Assembly: GCA_049591295.1 (NCBI GenBank) | Contig: JBAWEQ010000259.1 | Location: 25,812 to 89,811, forward strand | DNA length: 64,000 nt | Reading direction: 5' to 3' | From: Acidobacteriota bacterium | GTDB taxonomy: Bacteria; Acidobacteriota; UBA4820; DSQY01 | Shown: in pieces, positions 28,336 to 37,295 of the stretch | Layout of the letters: the number at the start of each line of letters is the position of its first letter | Position numbering within the stretch: position 1 is the stretch's first letter | Made by a program: the position numbers and the translations under genes | Notes under the pieces: generated by a model | The model's input: only the letters and a program-made list of their open reading frames with translations | Database searches by the model: none | What the model was told of the DNA's origin: nothing

Positions 28336-28352
28336 AGGCCGAGGAGCGAAGC

Positions 28353-28715
28353 ATGGATGATCTGCACGTGAGGGCCGTCACGGCCGATGAACAGGAACGG
28401 TTGGTCAGCTGCCTGCTCTGCGGAGAACTCTTCGAGGCCGGCTCCGAGGCCGCCGTGCTCTACGATGGCGATGAGCCGATGGGTGAACTCTGCCCCGCCT
28501 GCCTCCGGTCAGGCCCGAGAGAGGCGGCCCTGCGCGCACGCGAGTATGCCGCACAGCTCCACGCCATGGCCGAAGGCTACCTCGGATTGGCGGAGCAGGT
28601 GGAGTCTTTGGACGGATGGATGAACCGCCGTGGCGAAGCCCCTGGCCGGCTCTCGTCCGTTGAGACCGAGAAACATCCCCCTCCCAACGATCCCCGACGT
28701 TACAAACCGGTCTAG
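28353..28715 (+). CDS. Hypothetical small protein with CxxC...CxxC
   Basis: 120 aa, GAGGAG RBS, GC3-rich codons, and a zinc-ribbon-like CLLCGE...CPAC pattern. Confidence 0.4.
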   Translation: MDDLHVRAVTADEQERLVSCLLCGELFEAGSEAAVLYDGDEPMGELCPACLRSGPREAALRAREYAAQLHAMAEGYLGLAEQVESLDGWMNRRGEAPGRLSSVETEKHPPPNDPRRYKPV

Positions 28716-28782
28716 GAGGGCCTGGCCGGGTGACGGGTCCCTCTTCCTGGCCCCCTTCTCCCCGCCTTACTCCCCGCCACGT

Positions 28783-28876
28783 CTTGCGGCGGCTCCGCTA
28801 TCTCCCTCACCCCCCGCTGGCCACCTCCCGGCAGATCAGCTTCTGGTGCGCCGCCTCCAGCGGACACCCGCCGCCG
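28783..28876 (-). repeat. Direct repeat duplicating the 3' end of the radical SAM/SPASM gene (copy of 29020-29112)
   Basis: The minus strand encodes GGGCPLEAAHQKLICREVASGG-stop, versus CGGGCPLEAAHQKLYCREVASGG-stop at the genuine C-terminus. About 90% nt identity over ~90 nt, and the similarity continues into the 3' flank (GAGCCGCCGCA). Confidence 0.7.
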
Positions 28877-29042
28877 CGTCGCGCAAGCGCTCCCCAAGGA
28901 GGGCCTCGGCCGGCCCTCCTCGGCGCTCCCCCGGCCTTCGCCGGGCTCGCTGCTCCTCTCTGCTCTTGCGCGGGTTGCCCTCTGCGCGGGGGAACCTCTC
29001 CGTTCCCCCGCTCCCCCTCGCCCTGCGGCGGCTCCCTTCCCC

Positions 29043-30389
29043 TCACCCCCCGCTGGCCACTTCCCGGCAATAGAGCTTCTGATGGGCCGCCTCCAGCGGA
29101 CACCCGCCGCCGCAGAGGCTGAGGTGCTCACAGGCCTCGCACTCGGGCAGGGGCTTCTGGGGCTGACGGAGCTTGAGGCAGAGGGGGTGGTTCCAGATGG
29201 ACTCCCACGAATCGGTCAGAAGGTTGCCTACGCCTTCGTAATAGGATTGGCAGGGGATGACCGTTCCGTCCGGCTCCACCGCCATGCTCAGCCTCGCCGC
29301 CGTGCACTGCTTGACGCCGAGCGCCATCTCCACGGGGTTCAACTCGCAGTACCGCGTCGGGGTGTACCAGACGAAGCGGAGCCGCTTTTCGCGGGCCTGA
29401 CGGGCCAGCGTTTCCAGAACGGGTGCGACCTCCCGCGAGGTGAGGTCGATGCCCGAGCTCTTGCCCTTGCCCGAGTAGATCATCCCGTTGACGGCAAAGG
29501 TGCCGAGACCTTCGGCGGCCACCAGATCCACGAGGTTCTCGATGCCGGGCAGGTTGACCCGCGTGAGCGTGGTGTTGGTCAGGGTGAAGAGGCCCGAAGC
29601 CTTGGACTGGCGGAGCCCGGCCAGGGTCTCCTCGAAGGAGTCGGATCGGGTCAGGGCGTTGTGGAGGCTCGGATCGGCCGACTCCAGGGTGATCTGGACG
29701 TGATCCAGACCGGCCTCCCGAAGCGCCCCCGTGTAGGCGGCGTCCCGCAGGCGCCGCCCGTTGGTGTTGAGGCCCGTGACCAGCCCAAGCTCTCCGGCGT
29801 AGGCCACCAGCGCGGGCAGGTCGTCGCGGAGCGTGGGCTCGCCTCCCGTGAAGACCACGTGCGGTATGCCCGCCGACTCGCAGGCGTCCAGCACCCGCCT
29901 CCAACCAGCCGTGTCTAGCTCGGAGACCTGCCTGGATTCCTGGTTGTAGCAGTGGCTGCACCGGTTCTGGCAACGGTAGGTGAGGGCCAGGTCCATGCGC
30001 AGCGGGGCGCTCATGGCGGTTGAGAAGGGCTCGATGAGCTCGATCCCCAGGTCCGACAGGGGACAGACCTGGTCCGTGGCGGAGAGCCTACGCACCGCCT
30101 GGAGGATGCGCGAGAGGTCCGGTTCCAGCACCGCGCGCTTTACGCGATAGCGCCGGGCCATGAGATCCACCGTCTCGGCCTCGCTCAATCCGTCCACCAG
30201 GTGCTTCACCATCTCCGCCGCGGTGGGGTTCAGGTGGAGGATGCGGCTGGCGTCGAGGGTAAGGACTCCGGCTCCCGAGGGCTCGACCCGGAGGTGGATC
30301 CGGTGGGTGGTCCCCTCCACGATGAGGGTCCCCGGGTAGAGTCCCACCTTGACCCGCTCGGGTCTCCTGAAGAGGTCTCTCAGCCCCAT
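29043..30389 (-). CDS. Radical SAM/SPASM-domain peptide-modifying enzyme with N-terminal PqqD-like RRE domain
   Basis: CQNRCSHC (CxxxCxxC) radical SAM cluster motif. The N-terminal ~110 aa resemble a PqqD/RiPP-recognition element (LHLNPTAAEMVKHLVDG...). The C-terminal SPASM Cys array is CEACEHLSLCGGGCP. Confidence 0.8.
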   Translation of the reverse strand: MGLRDLFRRPERVKVGLYPGTLIVEGTTHRIHLRVEPSGAGVLTLDASRILHLNPTAAEMVKHLVDGLSEAETVDLMARRYRVKRAVLEPDLSRILQAVRRLSATDQVCPLSDLGIELIEPFSTAMSAPLRMDLALTYRCQNRCSHCYNQESRQVSELDTAGWRRVLDACESAGIPHVVFTGGEPTLRDDLPALVAYAGELGLVTGLNTNGRRLRDAAYTGALREAGLDHVQITLESADPSLHNALTRSDSFEETLAGLRQSKASGLFTLTNTTLTRVNLPGIENLVDLVAAEGLGTFAVNGMIYSGKGKSSGIDLTSREVAPVLETLARQAREKRLRFVWYTPTRYCELNPVEMALGVKQCTAARLSMAVEPDGTVIPCQSYYEGVGNLLTDSWESIWNHPLCLKLRQPQKPLPECEACEHLSLCGGGCPLEAAHQKLYCREVASGG

Positions 30390-30450
30390 GGCATCCTCCC
30401 TTTGCCCTCACTCCTGCGCACCAGGTCGAGCCTATTTCCCTTCGGGCCGT

Positions 30451-31989
30451 TCATCTTCCGCCTCCCGCGCAGGCGCAGGCGCAGCCAGCGCAAGCGCAAG
30501 CACAGGCGCAGCCTCCTCCCGAGGCGTGGCCCGAAGACTGCGGCACGGGATTCGTCTGCTGGGTGACCTTGGTGGCGAGGCCGGGGACGCTGTTCACCAG
30601 GTCGTGGGCGAACCCCTCCAGCCCCGTCACGACGGTGTTGGCCGCCGCCACGGGGCTCGGAGCGGGCACTCCTCCCCCCGCCGTTCCGGCCGTATGGCCG
30701 GTGTATAAGGGCACCCACCAGACGGGGAGCGGCATGGGGTTGTTCCCGAAACGCTGCGCGGCCTGCTGGCCGAACTCCTTGTCCAGGAGCATCCATTCGA
30801 AGGCCTGGGCGTAGTCCTGGCTCCCCACCTGCTCCCACGCCTTCCTCATGATCTCGCGGTAGTAGAGGACGCTCTTCTTCCGGCTGAAGCCCTTCATCTT
30901 CTCCTGGACCCGCTTGATGAGGTCCGTCAGGACCGCCACCGCCTCCTTCTCGCTGATTCGGCCGTCGTCCTGAACGGCCTTGGCGAAGGCCTGCTCGTAG
31001 TCCGCGGCCGGGGCCTCCCCCGGTACCAGCTCCAGCTTCAGCGGCGCTCGTCCCACCACCTTCAGGAGGTTCTTCCGTATCATGCCGAAGAGGAGGAGGG
31101 CCATCACCTTGTCCACGGGCTCCTCCATGAGGACGGCTACCTCGGGCACCGTCAGCCCCCTCCGCACCTCCACTCCCTCCATCCCGATGCTGGGCGGCAG
31201 GTATTTGAGGCGCCGACGCCGCGACTGGACGATCACCAGGATGAAGAGGCCGAAGAAACCAGCCATGAAGACGCAGGGCAAGGCACCGAGGATGAGCTGC
31301 CCCAGGGCTGCCGCCATCCTGGCGGCCGGCCCCGGCCCCTTCGGAACGGCAGCCAGCCGCTCCATGACCTTGGCCGGGAACGACGCCCCGAAGGTGACCT
31401 GGCGGGAGGGAGAGGCGTTCGGCATGTCCCACGTGTAGATGACCCGGCCTTGCTCCACCCGGGCCGAAGTGAAAGGCGTACCGTGGTAGCGGGGGTCGTC
31501 GGGCCCCACGCCCTCGGGGAAAACGAAGCTGCAGACCAGGAGAGTGGTCCCCGAGGTGTACTGGGAGCCGTACCAGGTGGGACTGAATTCCAGGCTGGCG
31601 TAGGAGGAGTCCTTGCTGTCGGGGAACACCCTGTTCCTGGCCACGGCCGAGAGGTGCAGCGTTCCCTCGGAGCCTGCGGGAATGGCCCTCTCGCCCAGAT
31701 GGACCTCCACCCCATACTGGAGGTAGGAAGAGGGCCGGATATCCGTCAGGGCCGCCCCATCCAGGTCGGCCTTCACCCCCTTCAGATCGTACTGGCCGTC
31801 GGGGAGGCCCACGTCGATGACGTCGATCGGCTGTCCCTGGTTCCGGAAGGTGATGGCGTACCGAATGGTGATGGAGGCGTCGCGATTCACCTCGACGACG
31901 CTGCGGTTCTGCGGTACCTCGAACCGGTAATCGGCCAGGACAGCGAGGCCCACCGCCAGGGCCACCAGGGCAACGAACAGTCTCTTCAT
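30451..31989 (-). CDS. DUF2207-like membrane protein with C-terminal (Cys-Ala)n tail (start at MKRLFVAL after a GGAGGGGG RBS; ORF maximum extends to 32028)
   Basis: Signal peptide, an extracytoplasmic N-domain (YRFEVPQNRSVVEVNRDASITIRYAITF), TM helices, a cytoplasmic domain, and the terminal GGGCACACACAGCACACAGGGR. Confidence 0.6.
   Translation of the reverse strand: MKRLFVALVALAVGLAVLADYRFEVPQNRSVVEVNRDASITIRYAITFRNQGQPIDVIDVGLPDGQYDLKGVKADLDGAALTDIRPSSYLQYGVEVHLGERAIPAGSEGTLHLSAVARNRVFPDSKDSSYASLEFSPTWYGSQYTSGTTLLVCSFVFPEGVGPDDPRYHGTPFTSARVEQGRVIYTWDMPNASPSRQVTFGASFPAKVMERLAAVPKGPGPAARMAAALGQLILGALPCVFMAGFFGLFILVIVQSRRRRLKYLPPSIGMEGVEVRRGLTVPEVAVLMEEPVDKVMALLLFGMIRKNLLKVVGRAPLKLELVPGEAPAADYEQAFAKAVQDDGRISEKEAVAVLTDLIKRVQEKMKGFSRKKSVLYYREIMRKAWEQVGSQDYAQAFEWMLLDKEFGQQAAQRFGNNPMPLPVWWVPLYTGHTAGTAGGGVPAPSPVAAANTVVTGLEGFAHDLVNSVPGLATKVTQQTNPVPQSSGHASGGGCACACACAGCACACAGGGR
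30456..30516. repeat. Simple sequence repeat (GCAGGC/GCAAGC hexamer units) encoding the Cys-Ala tail
   Basis: Minus-strand sequence tgc gcc tgt gct tgc gct tgc gct ggc tgc gcc tgc gcc tgc, imperfect 6-nt tandem units. Confidence 0.6.
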
Positions 31990-32226
31990 GACCTTTTCCC
32001 CCTCCGAAGCGGTCGGCCTTCGCCGCACCTTCCCGGTACCCTCAGCGGCGGGGCGCCGCTTTGCGAGTCATCCCCGTCGCTCTCCCTCCAAGAGAAGCCC
32101 TTCCGACGGGTCGCGGGTTCTATGTACTCCGCGCTACCGCCCATACTGCCCAACCGGCACCACCCGATCGCTCCGGGGACCGCCTTCGAGGAAACCCTCG
32201 AGATGGTGATGTCGGCTTCGCCGCGA

Positions 32227-32676
32227 TCACCACTTGGGCTCCTCTTGGATCAGGAAGGAGCCTTTGCAGTAGGGACAGGTGAGGGTGAGCGTCCCCTCGG
32301 GATTCAGGCGCGCCGTGGAGGCATCCACCTGGCCGCCGCAGTGCGGGCAGTTGAGCGCCTTGAGATTGATCTCTCCCGGCGGCTCCTGCCCCCGGGCCAC
32401 GCCGCCGGAGAGATCCCCCGGCTGGCCGGTGCTCCGCGAGGCGTTGCGGGCGAGGACCACGGCCAGGGCCGCCAGCAGCAGGCCTCCCAGCAGGAGGATC
32501 CCGCCGATCGCCGCCCTGGGAAGGCTCTTGCCCTGCGCCACCGCGTCGGGGTGAAAGGCCGAGAGGACGAAGATCGTCCCCAGGAAGAGCAGGGGCAGGC
32601 ACAGCACCACCGCCAACAGGACCAGCAGCCAGATCAGGGCGGGGAATGTCGTCGAACCTCGGCTCATGTGCCTCAT
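32227..32676 (-). CDS. Membrane protein with C-terminal zinc ribbon
   Basis: Two TM helices followed by CPHCGG...CPYCKG. Its 4-nt overlap with the upstream phosphatase gene indicates an operon. Confidence 0.5.
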   Translation of the reverse strand: MRHMSRGSTTFPALIWLLVLLAVVLCLPLLFLGTIFVLSAFHPDAVAQGKSLPRAAIGGILLLGGLLLAALAVVLARNASRSTGQPGDLSGGVARGQEPPGEINLKALNCPHCGGQVDASTARLNPEGTLTLTCPYCKGSFLIQEEPKW

Positions 32677-33350
32677 TGTAGGCTTCCGGGGCCCGGTTGG
32701 GGGAGTTGGGGTCCGGCAGGAATCATCGGATCGGGCATTTCCCGCACCTCCCCGCGCAGCCTGGCCCTATCCAGCCCCGCTACGTAACGCCTGAGGTTCA
32801 AAAAGACCGGGTGGAAGCCGAAGTTCGGCAACTCCGCTTCCGCCAGTGCCGGATCCCAATCCTGAACCACCACGCGGTAGGCCGCGACCATGACGCCGGT
32901 GCGGTCGGAACCGTGCTGGCAGTGCACGAAGACCGGCTGGCAGGCCGCGTCGGTGGCCAGCTTCAGGAAGAGGACCACGGGGGCATCATTTATGCGCCAG
33001 GCGTCGCAGGGAATCTCCACGTACCGAATGCCTAGGTCCGCCAGAAGCGGGGCATCGCTGTGGTGGTCCCGAAGGTTGATGACCGTTCGCACACCCATGG
33101 CTTTCAGGCTTTCGAACCCTTCCCGCGTGGGCTGGGCGCCCCGATAGAGGCCGTCGGACACCCGGGCGAAGTTGGGTAGGCCGGAGAGATCTCCTCGCGG
33201 CACGGCCAGGCCGCCGAGGTAGGAGGGGGTCGCTTTCAGCGAACGGGCTCCTGCTGCGGCGAGCAACAGGCAGAGCACCGCCGCACCCGCCGCCAGGACG
33301 GGAAGCGAGGTTCCTGGCCCGTTCCCCTTTGCGCGTGGGTCTTCCCTCAT
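32673..33350 (-). CDS. Protein-tyrosine/dual-specificity phosphatase (CX5R)
   Basis: HCQHGSDRTG active-site loop, with an N-terminal signal/anchor. Confidence 0.7.
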   Translation of the reverse strand: MREDPRAKGNGPGTSLPVLAAGAAVLCLLLAAAGARSLKATPSYLGGLAVPRGDLSGLPNFARVSDGLYRGAQPTREGFESLKAMGVRTVINLRDHHSDAPLLADLGIRYVEIPCDAWRINDAPVVLFLKLATDAACQPVFVHCQHGSDRTGVMVAAYRVVVQDWDPALAEAELPNFGFHPVFLNLRRYVAGLDRARLRGEVREMPDPMIPAGPQLPQPGPGSLQ

Positions 33351-33363
33351 GGCAGCGCCTCCC

Positions 33364-34935
33364 TCAGAGCTTGGACCAGAAGCGCCCGAACACCACGGTG
33401 GTCAGGATGAAGCCCAGCGGCACGTTGACGAGCACGCCGATGGTGAAGGCCCAGAACGGCTTGAGGCCGAAGGTCGCCAGGTCTCGGAAGCGCGTAGAGA
33501 GGCCGATGCAGAGGAAGCACAGCACGAAGGCCCAGGAGCGCAACTTCTTGATGGGGGCGATCACCTTGGGCGTGAGAACGCTCTCGAACCAGTTGCTCGA
33601 ACGGGCCAGCGCGGCGATGGCCCAGCGCTGGTCCTGGGTTGTGGCCGCCTCCTCCAGAAGCCGCTGCTCTTCGCGGGTCATGGTCCCCGAAAAGCCAAGC
33701 TCCCCCTTCACGGCGTCAATCGTGAACTTGCCGGCCAGCGAGGGCGGCACTGCGAAGGAGGAGAAGTCCGCCTGGTGGGCCGCGCCCTGAAATCGCCCCT
33801 CCATCCTCGCCGCCCCTCCATGGCCGGTCGGAGGACGGCCCGCGACCAGGCTCATGACCACCGACGCCAGGAGAAATCCGATCACGAACTTCGGGAAGCG
33901 TTCCCAAACGATGCCTGCTCCCACCCGCCCCTTGGCCCCACCGCCGTCCTCCCAGAAAACCACCGACACCACGGAGAGGATGAGGCACCAGATCCCGATC
34001 CAGATGTCCCGGCCGATGACCTTCATCAGCGTGAAAGCGTTGATGGGGGCATCACCGAAGCGGGTGGCCAGCTCGGCCACTACCGCGAATCCGGCGGCGT
34101 CGGCGAACTCCGAGTTGCCCACCCAGGCCCCCGCCTCCCCCGGCGAGATGGGGTTGGGAACGGTGTGCTTCAGGATGATGGTGAGGGCGAAGATCATGAC
34201 GATGGCCCAGACGGTCACCACGGCGATGGCGATGGAGATGTGGTCCTTCTTGGCCTTCACGGCCCCGCCTACGGCGATGGAGGCGGAGACACCGCAGACG
34301 GCCCCTGCTGCTCCCAGCACGGCTCCGAATTTGGGCTCCAGTTTGAAGAGCCGGGTCGCGGCCAGGTAGATCGTCAGCCACGTTGTAACGGAGACGATGG
34401 TGGCCTGCAGGAAGGCCACGGGACCCGCCGAGAAGACGAGGGTAAGGGGAAGGGTTGCGCCGAGAAGCACGATGCCCGTCTTGATGTAGTACTCGGTGCA
34501 GAGGCACTCCTTGCACCACTCGGGAATGCCCAGCGTATTGGAGATGACCAGCCCCGCGATGAGGGCGAGGAGAGGGGCCTCCACGTTGAACTCCTCCATC
34601 ACCTTCCAGCCCGCCGCGTAGAAGATCACCAGGGAGCCGACGAAGAGAAGGGCGAAACCCGGGACGAACCTCCTGGGGGAGTGGCCCATGATGGCCATGG
34701 ATAGGGAGAAGACCACTCCGAAGAGCAGGAAGATGGCCAGGTAACCGGCGGCGTGTTGCGCCAGATCCTGGGGGACGGCCGAAAGGTGTGTCCACTTGGG
34801 AGGCGTCACCGCCCACCCTTGGATGGACCCCCCGGACCAGAAGGCGGCGAGGGCGAAGAGAACCAGCCCCATGCCAAACCATACGGACCACCAGTCCTCG
34901 GTCTTCCACAGTTTCTCGATCCCGCCGGGCGCCAT
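33364..34935 (-). CDS. Polytopic membrane transporter, UPF0324/YeiH-like (putative sulfate exporter family)
   Basis: 523 aa, 10+ TM helices, and duplicated Gly-rich helices typical of YeiH/PSE-like proteins. Confidence 0.5.
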   Translation of the reverse strand: MAPGGIEKLWKTEDWWSVWFGMGLVLFALAAFWSGGSIQGWAVTPPKWTHLSAVPQDLAQHAAGYLAIFLLFGVVFSLSMAIMGHSPRRFVPGFALLFVGSLVIFYAAGWKVMEEFNVEAPLLALIAGLVISNTLGIPEWCKECLCTEYYIKTGIVLLGATLPLTLVFSAGPVAFLQATIVSVTTWLTIYLAATRLFKLEPKFGAVLGAAGAVCGVSASIAVGGAVKAKKDHISIAIAVVTVWAIVMIFALTIILKHTVPNPISPGEAGAWVGNSEFADAAGFAVVAELATRFGDAPINAFTLMKVIGRDIWIGIWCLILSVVSVVFWEDGGGAKGRVGAGIVWERFPKFVIGFLLASVVMSLVAGRPPTGHGGAARMEGRFQGAAHQADFSSFAVPPSLAGKFTIDAVKGELGFSGTMTREEQRLLEEAATTQDQRWAIAALARSSNWFESVLTPKVIAPIKKLRSWAFVLCFLCIGLSTRFRDLATFGLKPFWAFTIGVLVNVPLGFILTTVVFGRFWSKL

Positions 34936-35208
34936 GATCCCCTCCCCTCAGCCGGCGGTCCCGCTCCGCGGAGCTGTTCGGCCCTCGCTCCCGCGGCCCC
35001 CGGACAACGCGCCGGTCCTGTCATCGAAGATCCCACCGAAGTGTAGCACGGAGGTGACCTCTCCCCACACCGGACGGCCCATCGAGCCTCGCACCGGCCA
35101 ATACCCCATGAAGAGACGATCGGCCAACCTTCGCTCCAGTGTGGACCGCTCTTCGTAAGCCGGGAATATACTTCAAGTCGAAACGATTTAATGTGATCTT
35201 ACGACGAG

Positions 35209-35697
35209 GTGATCATGCCAACCCGCTACCGGGGCACGGAAGAGGAAGAGAGAGCGCTGAACGCCTTCATCACGCTCATGCGGGCCGGGGAGTCGCTCTC
35301 CGCCCGTCTGACCCGCGATCTGGCGGGCAAGGGTCTGACCATGACTCAGTTCGGGGCTCTTGAGGCCCTGCTCCATCTGGGCCCGCTCTGCCAGCGTGAT
35401 CTGGGGAGCAAGCTGCTCAGGAGCGGCGGCAACATCACCCTCGTCGTGGACAACCTGGAGAAGCAGGGCTTGGTCCGCCGCGATCGGGACGGATCGGACC
35501 GCCGCTACGTCACGGTGAGCCTCACGTTCGAGGGCCGGCGCCTCATCGAGCGCGTCTTCAGGGAGCACCTGACACTCATCGTAGGCGAGATGGCCGTTCT
35601 CTCACCGCGAGAACAGGAGAATCTGCGCAGGCTCTGTCGTTCCCTCGGCCTGGGCGTGAAACAGCACAAGGGGGGCACCGAGCCCCCAAAGGAGTGA
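35209..35697 (+). CDS. MarR-family transcriptional regulator
   Basis: Winged HTH (TMTQFGALEALLHLGPLCQRDLGSKLL...DRRYVTVSLT). Confidence 0.8.
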   Translation: MIMPTRYRGTEEEERALNAFITLMRAGESLSARLTRDLAGKGLTMTQFGALEALLHLGPLCQRDLGSKLLRSGGNITLVVDNLEKQGLVRRDRDGSDRRYVTVSLTFEGRRLIERVFREHLTLIVGEMAVLSPREQENLRRLCRSLGLGVKQHKGGTEPPKE

Positions 35698-35700
35698 AAC

Positions 35701-36114
35701 ATGGATCGGTCATTGGAACGCTACGCCCCTCTGATCGGAAGGATCTTGCTCTCCGTCATCTTCTTGTTCTCGGCCTTTGGCAAGGTCACCCACTTCTCGG
35801 GTATGGAGCAGTTCATGGCCTCCAAGGGCATGCCGGCGGTGCCGGTGCTGCTCGTGCTGGCCCTGCTCACGGAGGCGCTGGGAGGGCTCTCTCTCCTGTT
35901 GGGATTCAAGGCCAGGTGGGGAGCGCTTCTGCTCTTCTTGTTCCTCATTCCGACCACGCTGATCTTCCATGACTTCTGGGCCCTCACGGGAGCCATGCGG
36001 CAGGACATGCAGATCCACTTCCTCAAGAACCTTGCCATCATGGGCGGCCTCTTGATGGTCGCCGCCAACGGCCCCGGGGCCTTCAGCCTGGACAAGCCGG
36101 CCAAGGGTCGCTGA
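35701..36114 (+). CDS. DoxX-family membrane protein
   Basis: 137 aa with four TM helices and a DoxX pattern. Confidence 0.7.
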   Translation: MDRSLERYAPLIGRILLSVIFLFSAFGKVTHFSGMEQFMASKGMPAVPVLLVLALLTEALGGLSLLLGFKARWGALLLFLFLIPTTLIFHDFWALTGAMRQDMQIHFLKNLAIMGGLLMVAANGPGAFSLDKPAKGR

Positions 36115-36210
36115 GCACCCCATGAACTTCTGGGCAGGCGTGATGAACAGGGCCCTCTCGCCTGCCTTATTCGCTGTTCCCCTGGCCCTATCCAGAAAAG
36201 GAGTCATTCC

Positions 36211-36825
36211 ATGAAGGTCTACGTCGTTTTCTACAGCATGTACGGCCACATTTACCGCATGGCGGAAGCCGTGGCCGAAGGGGCACGGCAGGTTCCCGGA
36301 GCCGAAGTGAAGCTCTTCCAGGTCCCCGAGCTCGTCCCCCCGGAAGTCCTGGAGAAGAGCGGTGCGACGGCGGCCCGCAAGACCTTCGCCCACGTCCCCG
36401 TCATCGCCCCCGATCAGCTCGCGGAGGCCGACGCCATCCTCTTCGGCGCTCCCACGCGGTTCGGGAACATGTGCGCCCAGATGCGCAACTTCCTCGACCA
36501 GACCGGCGGCCTCTGGGCCGCGGGCGCCCTCATCGGCAAGGTGGGCAGCGTCTTCACGGCCACGGCCACCCAGCACGGCGGCCAGGAGAGCACGATCCTG
36601 AGCTTCCACACCACGCTGCTGCATCACGGGATGATGGTGGTGGGCGTCCCCTACTCCGAGGCCCGGCAGATGACGCTCGACGAGATCACCGGAGGATCTC
36701 CCTACGGCGCCTCCACGATCACGGGCGGCCAGGGCCAGCGCCAGCCCAGCGAGAACGAGCTGGCTATCGCCCGCTTCCAGGGCAAACACGTGGCCGAGAT
36801 CGCCGCTAGGCTGTGCGCCAAGTGA
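36211..36825 (+). CDS. wrbA: NAD(P)H:quinone oxidoreductase, type IV (WrbA)
   Basis: Flavodoxin-like fold: [13 protein letters not shown]...[10 protein letters not shown]...[24 protein letters not shown]. Confidence 0.85.
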   Translation: MKVYVVFYSMYGHIYRMAEAVAEGARQVPGAEVKLFQVPELVPPEVLEKSGATAARKTFAHVPVIAPDQLAEADAILFGAPTRFGNMCAQMRNFLDQTGGLWAAGALIGKVGSVFTATATQHGGQESTILSFHTTLLHHGMMVVGVPYSEARQMTLDEITGGSPYGASTITGGQGQRQPSENELAIARFQGKHVAEIAARLCAK

Positions 36826-36854
36826 TCTGGAGCGAGAAAGGGGCGAGGTGAAGC

Positions 36855-37295
36855 ATGCGCGTCAAGCGGCTCGGCCACGTGGTCCTGAGGGTCCGGGAAC
36901 TGGAGCGCTCGGTCCGCTTCTACGGGGAGGTGCTCGGCCTCAGAGAGGTGGCGCGCTATGGGGGCCGGATGGCCTTCTTCTCTCTGGGCGAGAACCATCA
37001 TGATCTGGCCCTGCAGGAAGTGGGGGCGGGGGCTCCTTCGCCCCACCCCCGCTCCGTGGGCCTATACCACGTGGCCTTCAAGGTGGGCGACAGCATCGAG
37101 GAACTGCGCGCCTGGCGGGATCGCCTCGAAAGCCACGGCGTCCCGATCCTGGGCGCGAGCGACCACCGGGTGAGCCAGGCGCTCTACGTGACCGATCCCG
37201 ACGGCATCGAGATCGAACTCTACGTGGACGCGGACCCCGCCGTGTGGCGGAATGACCCCTCGGCCGTGGCCACCATCGAACCCATCGATCTTTAG
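36855..37295 (+). CDS. VOC-family (glyoxalase/bleomycin-resistance/dioxygenase) protein
   Basis: GHVVLRV...LGL N-terminal motif and paired beta-alpha-beta-beta-beta modules. Confidence 0.75.
   Translation: MRVKRLGHVVLRVRELERSVRFYGEVLGLREVARYGGRMAFFSLGENHHDLALQEVGAGAPSPHPRSVGLYHVAFKVGDSIEELRAWRDRLESHGVPILGASDHRVSQALYVTDPDGIEIELYVDADPAVWRNDPSAVATIEPIDL

Noticed and set aside
28807-29103. 98-aa minus-strand ORF as a possible precursor peptide for the rSAM enzyme
   Set aside because: Apart from the duplicated C-terminal 22 aa, it is Gly/Arg/Pro low complexity with no start-codon context. The minus strand between 28716 and 29042 contains no ATG.
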